Below are positions 10,320-20,093 of a DNA stretch of 64,000 nucleotides, piece after piece (position 1 is the stretch's first letter; each line of letters starts with the position of its first letter). This stretch comes from an uncultured virus (IMG/VR IMGVR_UViG_3300005662_008418). Its lineage: Duplodnaviria > Heunggongvirae > Uroviricota > Caudoviricetes. A program made the translations under genes and the position numbers. The notes beneath the pieces were generated by a model. It saw nothing but the letters and a program-made list of their open reading frames with translations, was not told the origin of the DNA and made no database searches. The stretch lies in the IMG/VR virus record IMGVR_UViG_3300005662_008418; one strand, given 5' to 3'.

Positions 10320-11196
10320 TGTGCATCGCCTTTTTAAAGATTATTTCGTCAAGTATCTCAAACACTTTCCTATTTTTATCCATTATGTCTTCATGTGGAT
10401 AAATATGAAAAACATTTTCATGATCCAATATGCTACTGTCGGTAATTCCCTTTTCAGACTCGTGAATATCCGCAGCATCTCCATTGCGTTTCAAGATTAT
10501 GATATATCCGTCATTGGCTAATACTGCCCGAGCCTCACTATTAAATCGCATATCATCAATAAGACAAAGTTCATAGTCAGATTTGATGATTTCTTTCATA
10601 GTTGAGTTAACCCATATATTCTCATCAAAAAACTTCCTAAAAACATCAGTACCTACAATCTGCATAACTTCCCGATTAGACATAGCCCCAGTTCTCAAGT
10701 TGGATGGCAGCAGTCTTTTGTTTATGCACAAATTAAATAATGAGTCCTCATTATTAATGTCGCCAAATTGGAAATGTTCTCCATTATCTATTGATACTAA
10801 ACATCTGTTTGTAGAATTTATCCACCTGATCCATATGGGCAAACTATCCCAATTGTATTTAGTGGACATATTTTTGCCTTTCTCAGATCCGAAAACGCCA
10901 TCGCTATCAAGATCAAGAACGTCTACTGATATGCTCTTAACCTTAGTAGCAAATGAAAAGATATCAGAAAACGAAGAGCCCAAAAGATTCACTGGATGAA
11001 CTACTCCATCAATACTTGCAAAAACTTGAGTTCTGCCTGTCTCTGCATATTGAACAATAGAAGCAGTGTCTGGTATAATACCACCATTTTTTATCACTAA
11101 GTTGCCACGCATTTTTTCATATGCAGCGTGTATGAACTTGCATAAGCTAGTTTTGCCTACGCCTTTAGGTCCAGAAATAGCGACTATAGTTTTCAT
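10300..11196 (-). CDS. Deoxynucleoside monophosphate kinase
   Basis: ISGPKGVGKT, FSFATKVK, REVMQIVGTDVFR, IDDMRF, HESE motifs of phage dNMP kinases. Confidence 0.85.
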   Translation of the reverse strand: MKTIVAISGPKGVGKTSLCKFIHAAYEKMRGNLVIKNGGIIPDTASIVQYAETGRTQVFASIDGVVHPVNLLGSSFSDIFSFATKVKSISVDVLDLDSDGVFGSEKGKNMSTKYNWDSLPIWIRWINSTNRCLVSIDNGEHFQFGDINNEDSLFNLCINKRLLPSNLRTGAMSNREVMQIVGTDVFRKFFDENIWVNSTMKEIIKSDYELCLIDDMRFNSEARAVLANDGYIIILKRNGDAADIHESEKGITDSSILDHENVFHIYPHEDIMDKNRKVFEILDEIIFKKAMHSVCSSK

Positions 11197-11624
11197 TTTA
11201 TAAACTTAAAGAATACAAACGCTTTATTGTTAAGGACTGGGTCATCAAGTTTAACTATGTGCCTCTTCCTTATGTCTTGAAGAAAAACAACATCTCCGCC
11301 TTTGGATGGCTTGCCCAGCATTATTTTGATACTACTGGGAGATACTTCACTACCGGTATCATTAATAAAATACGGCACTTTTCCACCCTTTTTGCCAGCA
11401 AAAAATACATTATCAACAACAGAATCATCTTCAGACATGGCTATGGGCAGATAGCAGTCCCAATTCTTCATGCGTTCCTCATGAGTAAGTGCATTATCCA
11501 GGTTCTGAGCACTTATATGAGACATTGCATGACTCAAAGCCTTTTCGAATACTGGATATCTGCCCAGTATGGTACCCTGACCATACTCGTCTCTTAACCA
11601 AAGTTCTATCATTTTTTTCTCCAT
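11193..11624 (-). CDS. Hypothetical protein
   Basis: 143-aa ORF, translationally coupled. Confidence 0.6.
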   Translation of the reverse strand: MEKKMIELWLRDEYGQGTILGRYPVFEKALSHAMSHISAQNLDNALTHEERMKNWDCYLPIAMSEDDSVVDNVFFAGKKGGKVPYFINDTGSEVSPSSIKIMLGKPSKGGDVVFLQDIRKRHIVKLDDPVLNNKAFVFFKFIK

Positions 11625-12038
11625 TTAAAGTATATCTGGAACATCCGGCGATTCTTCATAGTTCGCTCCGAACATTTCGACCATATCCTTGTGGTCTTTC
11701 ATATCAAAGCCCTTAGACCTGATGCATTCACCATCAAATTGTAGACATCCCATAGCCGAAGCAACAACAAGATTTTTATTTTTATCGCCTAGATTAGCCC
11801 AACTAGAAAGAAAAACCACGCAAATAACGTCTATCATGGATTCTTGAGCAAAAGCTTCTGGTATGAAAAACCAGTTATATATTTTATTTTTATTTGAAGG
11901 TCTTTCTTTATTGATGACTGCGTAAAATTTGATCCTATCCGTTGGAATTGATCCATACTTGTCTGGATACTTACTAGCAAGTTTATGTGCTATTTCAGCA
12001 AAATCATGCAGTATAACATACTCGCCTCTATTTGCCAT
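11625..12038 (-). CDS. Putative phage metallopeptidase-like protein lacking HExxH
   Basis: Family-like frame (D..i.v....W..l....k..vv...; D....DmVe.FG), but VASAMGC stands where HELxH is expected. Confidence 0.45.
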   Translation of the reverse strand: MANRGEYVILHDFAEIAHKLASKYPDKYGSIPTDRIKFYAVINKERPSNKNKIYNWFFIPEAFAQESMIDVICVVFLSSWANLGDKNKNLVVASAMGCLQFDGECIRSKGFDMKDHKDMVEMFGANYEESPDVPDIL

Positions 12039-13032
12039 TTCCGTATTTCCTTAACATTGATGTGTACCAATTCTTAATAGCTTGCTTCGTATAATCCCAT
12101 TTAATTCTGTCAGAAAAAAGCGCATGACAAAAATCTTCCGTATCATTCCACAATTCTTCAACACTATTTCCAACTTCCATACTCTTGTTAATTGAAAACA
12201 CTCCGCTTCGATTAACAAAAATAGAAGTGCCAACAATGGATCTTTTCAAACATGCAGCATCAACAAAAGATATGTTTATATCAAACGGTCTGCTTGTCCA
12301 TTGCTTCCTATTGACAGACAGGGGGACTTTCATGCCGAATACAGCCTCATGCCCAGAAAGACAGTTAGATCCGCTTAAAAACCTTGCATCAAGAGCAGCA
12401 GCAATAGCATACGAATTGCTTGGAAAATTCCACATGAACTCAGACAACTCGCACCACGAAGACATCCAGATATGGTCATTGTCACTATATCCGTTCATGC
12501 CTACTATGGCACTTGCGGGGGCAATGTCAAATGCTTCGAAACTGCTTATAGCCTTCTTCTTCATAGCAGAATCTATATCTAATTCGTTTATATGTTTGCT
12601 TACATCTATTAAAATATTATTATTGAAACATCTAGCTTTAACAAACTCGTCATTTGCTTTTAACTTTATTTTAGCCACAAGCAATGCTGAAGAATAAGCC
12701 AGCCACAGCGAGGCTACTGTGACGCTTGAAATGCTTCTACCTACTGAATGTGAAAAGCCATATACTGGATGGTTACTACCACTTTCACACGACATGGCGC
12801 AAATCGGACCAATTGAATCAATCCCACAAAGTGGGCTAGTCATGAAGCAGTCAACTTCGGGCATCTTAAAACTTGATTGAATCATCAAGTTATTAGCAGA
12901 GTTTATGGGAAAACCTATTAGCTCTACATGTGGAATAGAAAGATCTATTGCGCGAAAATTACTCTCGCGCAATAGATCTTTCCTACCAAAAGAACACAAA
13001 CAATCAAGTTGCCGTTTCATCATCCAAGCCAA
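12028..13032 (-). CDS. Hypothetical protein
   Basis: 334-aa ORF with no recognised motif. Confidence 0.6.
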   Translation of the reverse strand: MAWMMKRQLDCLCSFGRKDLLRESNFRAIDLSIPHVELIGFPINSANNLMIQSSFKMPEVDCFMTSPLCGIDSIGPICAMSCESGSNHPVYGFSHSVGRSISSVTVASLWLAYSSALLVAKIKLKANDEFVKARCFNNNILIDVSKHINELDIDSAMKKKAISSFEAFDIAPASAIVGMNGYSDNDHIWMSSWCELSEFMWNFPSNSYAIAAALDARFLSGSNCLSGHEAVFGMKVPLSVNRKQWTSRPFDINISFVDAACLKRSIVGTSIFVNRSGVFSINKSMEVGNSVEELWNDTEDFCHALFSDRIKWDYTKQAIKNWYTSMLRKYGNGK

Positions 13033-13498
13033 ATGATCTAGTTATGTCATCTGTGACATCTTTGGCAGCAGCCTTCATCAAGGAGTAAACCTCATCTCCA
13101 TTTACTATATCGAGAACCTTATTGTTCATTTTTTCTCTCGCGGCAAAACATGCTTCGAGAAATCCAGTCTGATTCATCAGGCTGGCAAAAGCACTAGATT
13201 CAAGAAATTTAGCTATTGACTGCAGATCCTTATTCGTCATGTTCTTTTCTAGAATTGGCTGAATAAATTCAACAACATCAATAGCATAATCTGATATAAT
13301 CGAGTTTTTATGCTTCTGTATGACCTTATTGACGCACTCAACATACTTTTGCCTAATGGCATTCACGATAGGATCACTATCCCTCATGCCCATAGCTGCG
13401 GAGACTCGTTTTGGATCCAGTGACTGTTCTGCAGATTTTAGCAAAACGGTAGCCAGCGAGTGAGATATTTTTCTAGATGGTTTCATTTTTACGATCAA
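13004..13498 (-). CDS. Hypothetical helical protein (weak DUF2059-like motif)
   Basis: NMTNKDLQSIAKFLESS resembles FT..EL..l..FY.S. Confidence 0.5.
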   Translation of the reverse strand: MIVKMKPSRKISHSLATVLLKSAEQSLDPKRVSAAMGMRDSDPIVNAIRQKYVECVNKVIQKHKNSIISDYAIDVVEFIQPILEKNMTNKDLQSIAKFLESSAFASLMNQTGFLEACFAAREKMNNKVLDIVNGDEVYSLMKAAAKDVTDDITRSFGLDDETAT

Positions 13499-13890
13499 CC
13501 GCCTGTGGCGACATGATAAATATGAGACGCAGCCATATATCTAGTGTTGGGAATTGGTTCAATATATCCAGCGGCAATAGCCGCTATATGAGTCCATGAT
13601 TCCAGGCATTCTCCCAATTTTCTAGATGGCATTCTAATCATATTGTTCTTAGACTTAGTTAACCATCCATACGGGGTAAAAATGCCATAATTAGAAAGCC
13701 TCTTGAGTGGGGTTTCAATATCCTTAACATCTATCTTTAGGTATCTTGCAAGAATATCAGCCTCCATTGGAATGTCATGCAAAAAAGCATGTGCTATAAG
13801 AACTCCTACATGACCACTAAAGTCAGTAGAAGACAAATCCTGAGGTCCATTGCCATTGTTTACCATATAACTAATTTCATTAGCTGTCAT
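13495..13890 (-). CDS. Hypothetical protein, possible winged HTH
   Basis: ILARYLKIDVKDIETPLKRLSNYGIF helix-turn-helix-like pattern. Confidence 0.5.
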   Translation of the reverse strand: MTANEISYMVNNGNGPQDLSSTDFSGHVGVLIAHAFLHDIPMEADILARYLKIDVKDIETPLKRLSNYGIFTPYGWLTKSKNNMIRMPSRKLGECLESWTHIAAIAAGYIEPIPNTRYMAASHIYHVATGG

Positions 13891-13892
13891 TT

Positions 13893-14540
13893 TTAAATCC
13901 TTATAATTGCAAACTCTCCGTCGGCCGCTGATGGCGCCTGTACGGATACATACCGTTTTGGCACATAATTACCATCATCTATATTTTTAGCAGCGGAGTG
14001 AATGTGTATTTGCAACTTCTTTAGATCGTCCATCTTTTTAGCCAGAGCAAAATCAGACTCCTGATCTGAGGATTCCCCCTCTCTGGGGAATGTATTGGTG
14101 ACCAATACATCTACAAATGAGGGAATCCTCTCAATAGCCCTTAAATACTTGCTTGACTTAGAACACATAAAAGCGTCTTTTTGCTTTTCAGATTTCATGT
14201 GCAAAGGCATCCACGGAGTTCCATATATGTGAAGTCCCTTGCAATCTACTGTATCATCCTGAACATATTCTGCTTTTATGTAGTTGCTTAATTGCGCTCC
14301 ATAAAATTCTGCAATGTGATCATTCTTGCCTCCAACCACTATTTTACATGGAGATGGCAAGCTGTCTAGCCATGGGTTCAATTTTGCTTCTATAAAATCA
14401 ACTTGGTTTGTTATGTTCCATGTGATTAGTTCATTATCATACATAGGACAAAAACTACCACATAATACAACAACATCAACAGCCTCTTTTAGAGTTGGCA
14501 AATTAGAGAACACATCACTGCATGTGGCTATAATTGGCAT
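13893..14540 (-). CDS. Calcineurin-like metallophosphoesterase homolog with degenerate metal ligands
   Basis: Motif order is conserved (SDVFS / CGSF / GGKNDH / YGTPW / DVLVTN / IHIH), but DxH, GD, GNHD and GHxH are altered. Confidence 0.65.
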   Translation of the reverse strand: MPIIATCSDVFSNLPTLKEAVDVVVLCGSFCPMYDNELITWNITNQVDFIEAKLNPWLDSLPSPCKIVVGGKNDHIAEFYGAQLSNYIKAEYVQDDTVDCKGLHIYGTPWMPLHMKSEKQKDAFMCSKSSKYLRAIERIPSFVDVLVTNTFPREGESSDQESDFALAKKMDDLKKLQIHIHSAAKNIDDGNYVPKRYVSVQAPSAADGEFAIIRI

Positions 14541-14542
14541 TA

Positions 14543-14881
14543 TTACTCAGACAGAACCAATTTCGGAGAATTGGCATCAGAGTCAACCCCAGAAGCAATA
14601 TCATTCTTATTTGAGGACTGAGCCCTTGCAGCCTCTACACTCTTGACGAAAGCTGATAAAGCATCATCAAAAGCCTTCATAGCGCCATCAATGCTGGATG
14701 CTTCTATTGGGAATCTGACCTCAAAAGGAGTTCCATTGTTCACTGCCTGCGCAACGCCAAAAAACTTCTCTGGAGCCTCATTATCCGGAATGAGGCGCTC
14801 AACTTTATTACCCTCGATACTGACGTATGATTTAATTTCCATTATCATTTTACATTTCCTCGAACTGTGACATAAATTCAC
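14543..14881 (-). CDS. Hypothetical protein
   Basis: About 100 aa; the likely start is MEIKSY or MIMEIK. Confidence 0.6.
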   Translation of the reverse strand: MNLCHSSRKCKMIMEIKSYVSIEGNKVERLIPDNEAPEKFFGVAQAVNNGTPFEVRFPIEASSIDGAMKAFDDALSAFVKSVEAARAQSSNKNDIASGVDSDANSPKLVLSE

Positions 14882-15161
14882 TTACTATATCGTCAAGAGA
14901 TTTACGCTTCTCTTGTGTTGCAAACAATTCTAGTCTACATATGCCATTTTGCATTTTGGTTCTACTATATTTGATAAATGAATCTTTTAGAATATTTTCA
15001 CAAGGTCCAATGTCTCTTTCTAGGATATGCAGCATAATAGACTTTTTAGATTTTTGCAATTTAGCAATTGCATGTACAATATCGGAAATATTATAAATTT
15101 TAACATTTACATTATTTTTGCTTTTTGACTGAACAGGCTTTTTGCTTTTTTTATTGCTCAT
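14850..15161 (-). CDS. Hypothetical basic protein
   Basis: 103-aa ORF overlapping the upstream stop (ATGA). Confidence 0.55.
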   Translation of the reverse strand: MSNKKSKKPVQSKSKNNVNVKIYNISDIVHAIAKLQKSKKSIMLHILERDIGPCENILKDSFIKYSRTKMQNGICRLELFATQEKRKSLDDIVSEFMSQFEEM

Positions 15162-17371
15162 ATTATGACTGGGTAAACCTTCTTCCTAGACCTCATTCTT
15201 CTCTTCTTGGCATCGTTCCTGATTTTGTCCCAATTTGTTCTTTGAGCACTCGTGGCCGTAAGACCATCGGATACAGATCCCCTATACTTGTAAAGTGGGA
15301 CATTAAGAAAATGTCCGTGCCCCATTTCTTCAAGCATATATCCCATAAATTTATCGACAGAAGATGAATAAGGACAATCAAAAACATTTCTCATGTCGGG
15401 AAACTTTTTCATAGTTCGCCAATGGCTATAGCAATGAACTCTTCTTGTATGGGATTCAAAATCAAGAATACTCTTAGGTGGTCTTTGAGGTACCTGTCTG
15501 GATATACCTCCACCAACCATGGACATGTCATGATTGCACCTAACATACTGAGACCATATAAAAGATATCTTTGGATTAGACATGTATCTCGCCATTACCA
15601 CAGGAACTGCATTTGGAAGCAAGGCATCATCTGCGTCTAGTACTCCAAAATATTCCCCCGTACCGGTCTGAAGAGCTATCCCATAACTCTTGGCGCACCC
15701 CTTTTTGCCGTCATTCTTAATGTGTATCAAATCTATGTTGTTTTTGGCAAATTCTTCATACATAGATTTGATAATCTCATCTGTATCATCCGAGCTATCG
15801 TCATCCACAAAGACTACTTCAAGTGGTCTGTAATTTTGCTCTAATATGGATTTCATCCAATCTCCTAAATATCTGCCCTTACAGTAAGCAGCACTTATGA
15901 TAGTAAATTTTGGACCTTCAAATATTTTTTCAGCCTTTTCTATCTTACTAAAAACCTCGCTTACAAATAATTCACTTGCGACGGGCTTAATTCCATCTTT
16001 ATTTTTTACGCGAGGAGCTGACTTTATCATAATCTTATCTTTATTTTTATCTTTATTTTTATTTTTATCTTTATTATTTTTTATACTCTTACGCTCAATA
16101 TCAGCATCCTTTAACGCCTTACTTTCTTTCTCTTTGATCTTATTTTTATCTTTATTTTTATCTTTATTAAGTTCTGCGCTTTTCTTTATTTCTACAGCCT
16201 TAGGAACTGACGGATGCTTAAATGCAACCTTCCTATTACCCCTAATGATAAAATCATTTTTGTTTTTAGCCATGTTTTGGTCTGCTTTTGAACTTCCGGG
16301 AGTCTGGGATATATTTGCTATAACATCTTTTCTTATTTTTTTAATATTTACACTTTCCACAGCATCTACATACAACTTAGACATTCTTAAAAAACTATCA
16401 TCATTTGCTGCTATTTCTAGACACTTATTTCGAAGTTCTTCTATTTTATTATTTTCAATAATTTCTCTTACTATACTGGCTGCTTGATTTAAATCTCTAA
16501 AAAGATATCCATTTTTACCTGGAATTATTATTTCATTGTTGCCAGGTTTATCAGAGCAAATTACAGGAACTCCCATTGCCAATGACTCTAATATTGACAT
16601 ACTTGTTCCCTCTGGAAGATTTATGTCATATAAAAAAAATTCCCATGAACTCATGAGGTCAAAACGAACTTCTTCGCTCTCGATGTTGCCTTTAAAATCT
16701 ATTTCATTAATATTCCGCTTGGCATCAGCATAAGATCTAGCTTCTCCTATCATGGCACCACCGCCAAGATATTCCATCGTCAGAGGCTTGCCAAAATCAG
16801 TGCCACAGAACCAATCAGTAAATTTATTGCTATATTTAATTAAATTTAAAGTATTTGATCTGCCAATTACTCCGCTTCTAACCTCGCCAATTGTTTTAAC
16901 TTTTTCCTTGATCCATTTTGAGCTAACAGCATTATGTATAGTGGTTAGATTAGTTTTTGGATTTAATTTTTGAAATGTACTTTTCATGTAGTTGCTAACG
17001 CAAATACACAAATCAGGTCTTCCTACTAAGCAATTTGATGGATTAACGGAGTATGTATGACTAACAACAATAGTCTTACATACTCCTCTGGGGATATAAG
17101 AAAGAATCCTTCCTATGTTTGTATTCATTAATTTATGAATAAAAACAACATCAAATTGATGTAAAAACTGATTTAAATTTTCATAATGAACATAAACTGC
17201 GTCTTGCTCAAAAAAATCTGGGTTCTCTACGTGCTTGACATCCTTCTTGGAAGCTACGACGACTTTTTGATCCCAGTTATTCTTGCAATGAGAAATGCCA
17301 AGCCTTATCTGCTTAAGAGAAGCCAGAGCACCACCGTTGAAAGCCTTTTCACATAGATGAGCTATGCGCAT
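15158..17371 (-). CDS. Fused glycosyltransferase: N-terminal GT4 (GT-B), Lys-rich linker, C-terminal GT2 (GT-A)
   Basis: EGTSMSILESLAMGVPVICSD (GT4 Ex7E); FTIISAAY, FVDDDSSD, VLDADD (GT2). Confidence 0.9.
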   Translation of the reverse strand: MRIAHLCEKAFNGGALASLKQIRLGISHCKNNWDQKVVVASKKDVKHVENPDFFEQDAVYVHYENLNQFLHQFDVVFIHKLMNTNIGRILSYIPRGVCKTIVVSHTYSVNPSNCLVGRPDLCICVSNYMKSTFQKLNPKTNLTTIHNAVSSKWIKEKVKTIGEVRSGVIGRSNTLNLIKYSNKFTDWFCGTDFGKPLTMEYLGGGAMIGEARSYADAKRNINEIDFKGNIESEEVRFDLMSSWEFFLYDINLPEGTSMSILESLAMGVPVICSDKPGNNEIIIPGKNGYLFRDLNQAASIVREIIENNKIEELRNKCLEIAANDDSFLRMSKLYVDAVESVNIKKIRKDVIANISQTPGSSKADQNMAKNKNDFIIRGNRKVAFKHPSVPKAVEIKKSAELNKDKNKDKNKIKEKESKALKDADIERKSIKNNKDKNKNKDKNKDKIMIKSAPRVKNKDGIKPVASELFVSEVFSKIEKAEKIFEGPKFTIISAAYCKGRYLGDWMKSILEQNYRPLEVVFVDDDSSDDTDEIIKSMYEEFAKNNIDLIHIKNDGKKGCAKSYGIALQTGTGEYFGVLDADDALLPNAVPVVMARYMSNPKISFIWSQYVRCNHDMSMVGGGISRQVPQRPPKSILDFESHTRRVHCYSHWRTMKKFPDMRNVFDCPYSSSVDKFMGYMLEEMGHGHFLNVPLYKYRGSVSDGLTATSAQRTNWDKIRNDAKKRRMRSRKKVYPVII
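16035..16170. repeat. Imperfect 6/12-bp tandem repeats encoding NKDKNK in the GT linker
   Basis: (TTTATTTTTATC)-like units at about 16035-16076 and 16135-16170. Confidence 0.7.
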
Positions 17372-17373
17372 AA

Positions 17374-17865
17374 CTATGCATTTCTCGCTTCGTATTCTTC
17401 TCTATAGAATTGCCACACAAAATCATCTATAACTCCATCGCCACCATCACATCCAGATTGATGTTTGCATATATTTTTAACATATGGAACCGCATCTAAT
17501 GGACAGAAACTGATAGATGCTTTTTGCAAAACAGGAATATCTATCCAATGATCACCTATAAAAGCGACATGATCAAAAGAGATGTTCATCTTTTCAGTCA
17601 GCTGATTCATGAAGGCCAACTTATTGGATATACCATATGCTAGTGGGATATCTTCAGATTTGAATCTATGAATAGTCGCATGATCACTCGCACCAGACAG
17701 ACCCATCACTGGTATTTTTAATACATTTTTTATAAAGTTAATGGCAAAAAAATCTCTAGTGTTAAATCTCTTTGAAACATTTCCCTGGTGGTCGTACGTA
17801 TATCCAGAGTCAGTTAATACTCCATCAACATCTGTGACTATTAATTTTATATCATTTATTGGCAT
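17374..17865 (-). CDS. KdsC-family HAD phosphatase (KDO-8-P / KDN-9-P / NeuAc-9-P phosphatase-like)
   Basis: TDVDGVLTD, KRFNTRD, AFIGDHWID, GGDGVI. Confidence 0.88.
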   Translation of the reverse strand: MPINDIKLIVTDVDGVLTDSGYTYDHQGNVSKRFNTRDFFAINFIKNVLKIPVMGLSGASDHATIHRFKSEDIPLAYGISNKLAFMNQLTEKMNISFDHVAFIGDHWIDIPVLQKASISFCPLDAVPYVKNICKHQSGCDGGDGVIDDFVWQFYREEYEARNA

Positions 17866-18706
17866 TGAAAATCCGCATTTTTTTAGCTTGAATTGATTCC
17901 TCTTCTGTCATATCTCCACGCTCACCTAGCGCCAGACCAACCGCCAATATGTCCCTTTTTAATCTTCGTAAACCATCTGGTTCCAGACTAGCCGCAGCAT
18001 CTGTATGTCTAAATGCTCTATCATCCACAAAATGTCTTTCATCATATTTAGCGCCAAGCATCATGGCGGCGATGTCCATTGCTATACCATAGCCATGATT
18101 AGAGAAAGCTGCTTCAAACCCATTATTAATAATTTCAGATATGCCCAACATTTGCATTTTATCAAAAGAGCATGGGTACTCGGAAACGCAATGATATAAA
18201 ACCACCCTATCTCGATAGGAGGATAAAAAATCAAATATTTCTACCCTATCATTCCTATTAGTCATTCCTAAAGATATGTGTATTTTACTGTTGCAGTTTT
18301 GCAAACAATAATTTATTAGATCAAAATCGTGATTACATGCAGATGGTATTTTCAATAGATCTGGATTTAAGGAAATTATACCCTTAGCACTCTCCATATC
18401 CCATACACTACAACCATACAAAACTCCATAAGCGTGACATGTGTCTCGCAAAATCACATGATCTTCCAGAGATAATTCCAGATTGATTCGGTGCTCCAAA
18501 TAGGTTGAACCGTATGCAAAATTAGGATTAGGATGAGGGTGATTTTTTAAATGATCTGGAGTAGAAAGATATGGATTTCTCTTTTGGAACTTAACATAGT
18601 CTGCTCCGTTTTTTGCAGCTAGTCCCGTGAGAAATAGCGCCCTTGACAGGCTGCCACCATGAACACAACCTATTTCTGCGACTATTTTGCAATCTTTTTC
18701 ATCCAT
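17852..18706 (-). CDS. neuB: NeuB-family nonulosonic acid (9-phosphate) synthase without a C-terminal SAF domain
   Basis: VAEIGCVHGG, VKFQKR, LKIPSA, ISLGM, HCVSEYP, FSNHG, ERHF...TDAAASLEP; only 284 aa. Confidence 0.92.
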   Translation of the reverse strand: MDEKDCKIVAEIGCVHGGSLSRALFLTGLAAKNGADYVKFQKRNPYLSTPDHLKNHPHPNPNFAYGSTYLEHRINLELSLEDHVILRDTCHAYGVLYGCSVWDMESAKGIISLNPDLLKIPSACNHDFDLINYCLQNCNSKIHISLGMTNRNDRVEIFDFLSSYRDRVVLYHCVSEYPCSFDKMQMLGISEIINNGFEAAFSNHGYGIAMDIAAMMLGAKYDERHFVDDRAFRHTDAAASLEPDGLRRLKRDILAVGLALGERGDMTEEESIQAKKMRIFNANK

Positions 18707-19392
18707 GTATTAATATTCTCATTTTCTATTAATTTTCGGCATAGCTCTAGATCGATAGGTTCATCTATCTGCAAAGATTGGATTTTATCAACTGGAATGA
18801 TTTTACAATTACCAACATGCCTGTCTGCCGTTATGTAGAAATCTCCAGATATGAAGCTGTAAACATTGCCGCAGTCATGCCATGCAAGTTCTTCTTCAGC
18901 GTATTCCTGACGCATTTTTCTGCTAGAAAATTGCTTAAGAGCATGATTGCCTGAATATTTAGTCCAGAATAATGGAGTATGAGGAAAAGCAGTAAAGGCA
19001 GATACTCCTGATCGCACTTCTTGTATACATTTTTTAATCAAATCTCCGTATCTAAATATAGATGTTGGCTGCAAGAACACTATTTTTTCCTCTTCCTTGA
19101 TAGCACAAGTTTTTATTGCATGAAGAATAGACAATTCGGATGGGGACTTATCTCCAGCAAAGCAAGAAGGTCTTGGTAAGGGATAGACTCTCTTGTCATT
19201 AAAATCGCTGCATATTTTCAATATGTCTGACGAATCACTTGAAACTATAACGCTGTCGCATACATCATCCTCCAAGGCTGCCAGTACCGACCACATAAAC
19301 ATTGGCCAACCATTAATATCAACCGTATTCTTACCGGGGATACCCTTGCTCCCGCCTCTAGCCAATATAATAGCACATGTTTTTTCTGTCAT
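18682..19392 (-). CDS. neuA: Acylneuraminate cytidylyltransferase (CMP-nonulosonate synthetase)
   Basis: IILARGGSKGIPGKN, VSSDS, LQPTS, RQE, QIDEPIDL. Confidence 0.93.
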   Translation of the reverse strand: MTEKTCAIILARGGSKGIPGKNTVDINGWPMFMWSVLAALEDDVCDSVIVSSDSSDILKICSDFNDKRVYPLPRPSCFAGDKSPSELSILHAIKTCAIKEEEKIVFLQPTSIFRYGDLIKKCIQEVRSGVSAFTAFPHTPLFWTKYSGNHALKQFSSRKMRQEYAEEELAWHDCGNVYSFISGDFYITADRHVGNCKIIPVDKIQSLQIDEPIDLELCRKLIENENINTWMKKIAK

Positions 19393-20093
19393 AATTTTTC
19401 CAAGTCTATGCTAGGGAATATACCCATAGGATTGCCGGGAGTAGCATCAAAAATATTAACTGTATCCTTATTTTGATTATATAAGTCTGAAAAATATTCC
19501 AACACTCCATTGTAGTCAAATTTGTCCCAAACACCCCTATTCGGCTTTCCGTCAACTCTATTTACATTTACCGAGCCTTCCCAGAAATAACGCTTATCGT
19601 TTTTTACTCCATTATCCATTCCGCATAAAATAATTGGATCGCAACCCATTATGGCCAATATATGTATTGCACTTCCAGATGAAGTTCTAGCTCCTATTAT
19701 TTTTTCAAAAGAGTTACGCTTAATTAAAACGCCATCTAGATTTTTTCTTCCAGTTGATGGTTGATACCACCAATCATGGTCAAACATGACAGTCTTATCC
19801 GCTCCAAAAAACTTATCAAATACGCCCAACTTACTGCGGTACATAAATTTACAACAAGACGAGTTTTTAAGTTCTTTATAAAAATATGACCAATTACTTA
19901 CGGCTATGTCATCGGAAATCCAGTATTTTACACTTGGATCCAGCAGTATCGAAGAATTCACCGCGATGTTTGGGTGTTTAAGTATTAATTTCTTATCTAT
20001 ATCAGATATGCTAGGTCCAGCACCTATAACAATGCCTGCTTTACCATTATGAATATTGTAAAAATCTTCCAGTTTAGGCATGATGAAATTCAA
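19389..20093 (-). CDS. DUF115/Maf-like (GT42-related fold) putative nonulosonate transferase
   Basis: IVIGAGPS, AVNS, WISDD, TSSGSAIHILAIMGCDPIILCGMD. Confidence 0.75.
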   Translation of the reverse strand: MNFIMPKLEDFYNIHNGKAGIVIGAGPSISDIDKKLILKHPNIAVNSSILLDPSVKYWISDDIAVSNWSYFYKELKNSSCCKFMYRSKLGVFDKFFGADKTVMFDHDWWYQPSTGRKNLDGVLIKRNSFEKIIGARTSSGSAIHILAIMGCDPIILCGMDNGVKNDKRYFWEGSVNVNRVDGKPNRGVWDKFDYNGVLEYFSDLYNQNKDTVNIFDATPGNPMGIFPSIDLEKL

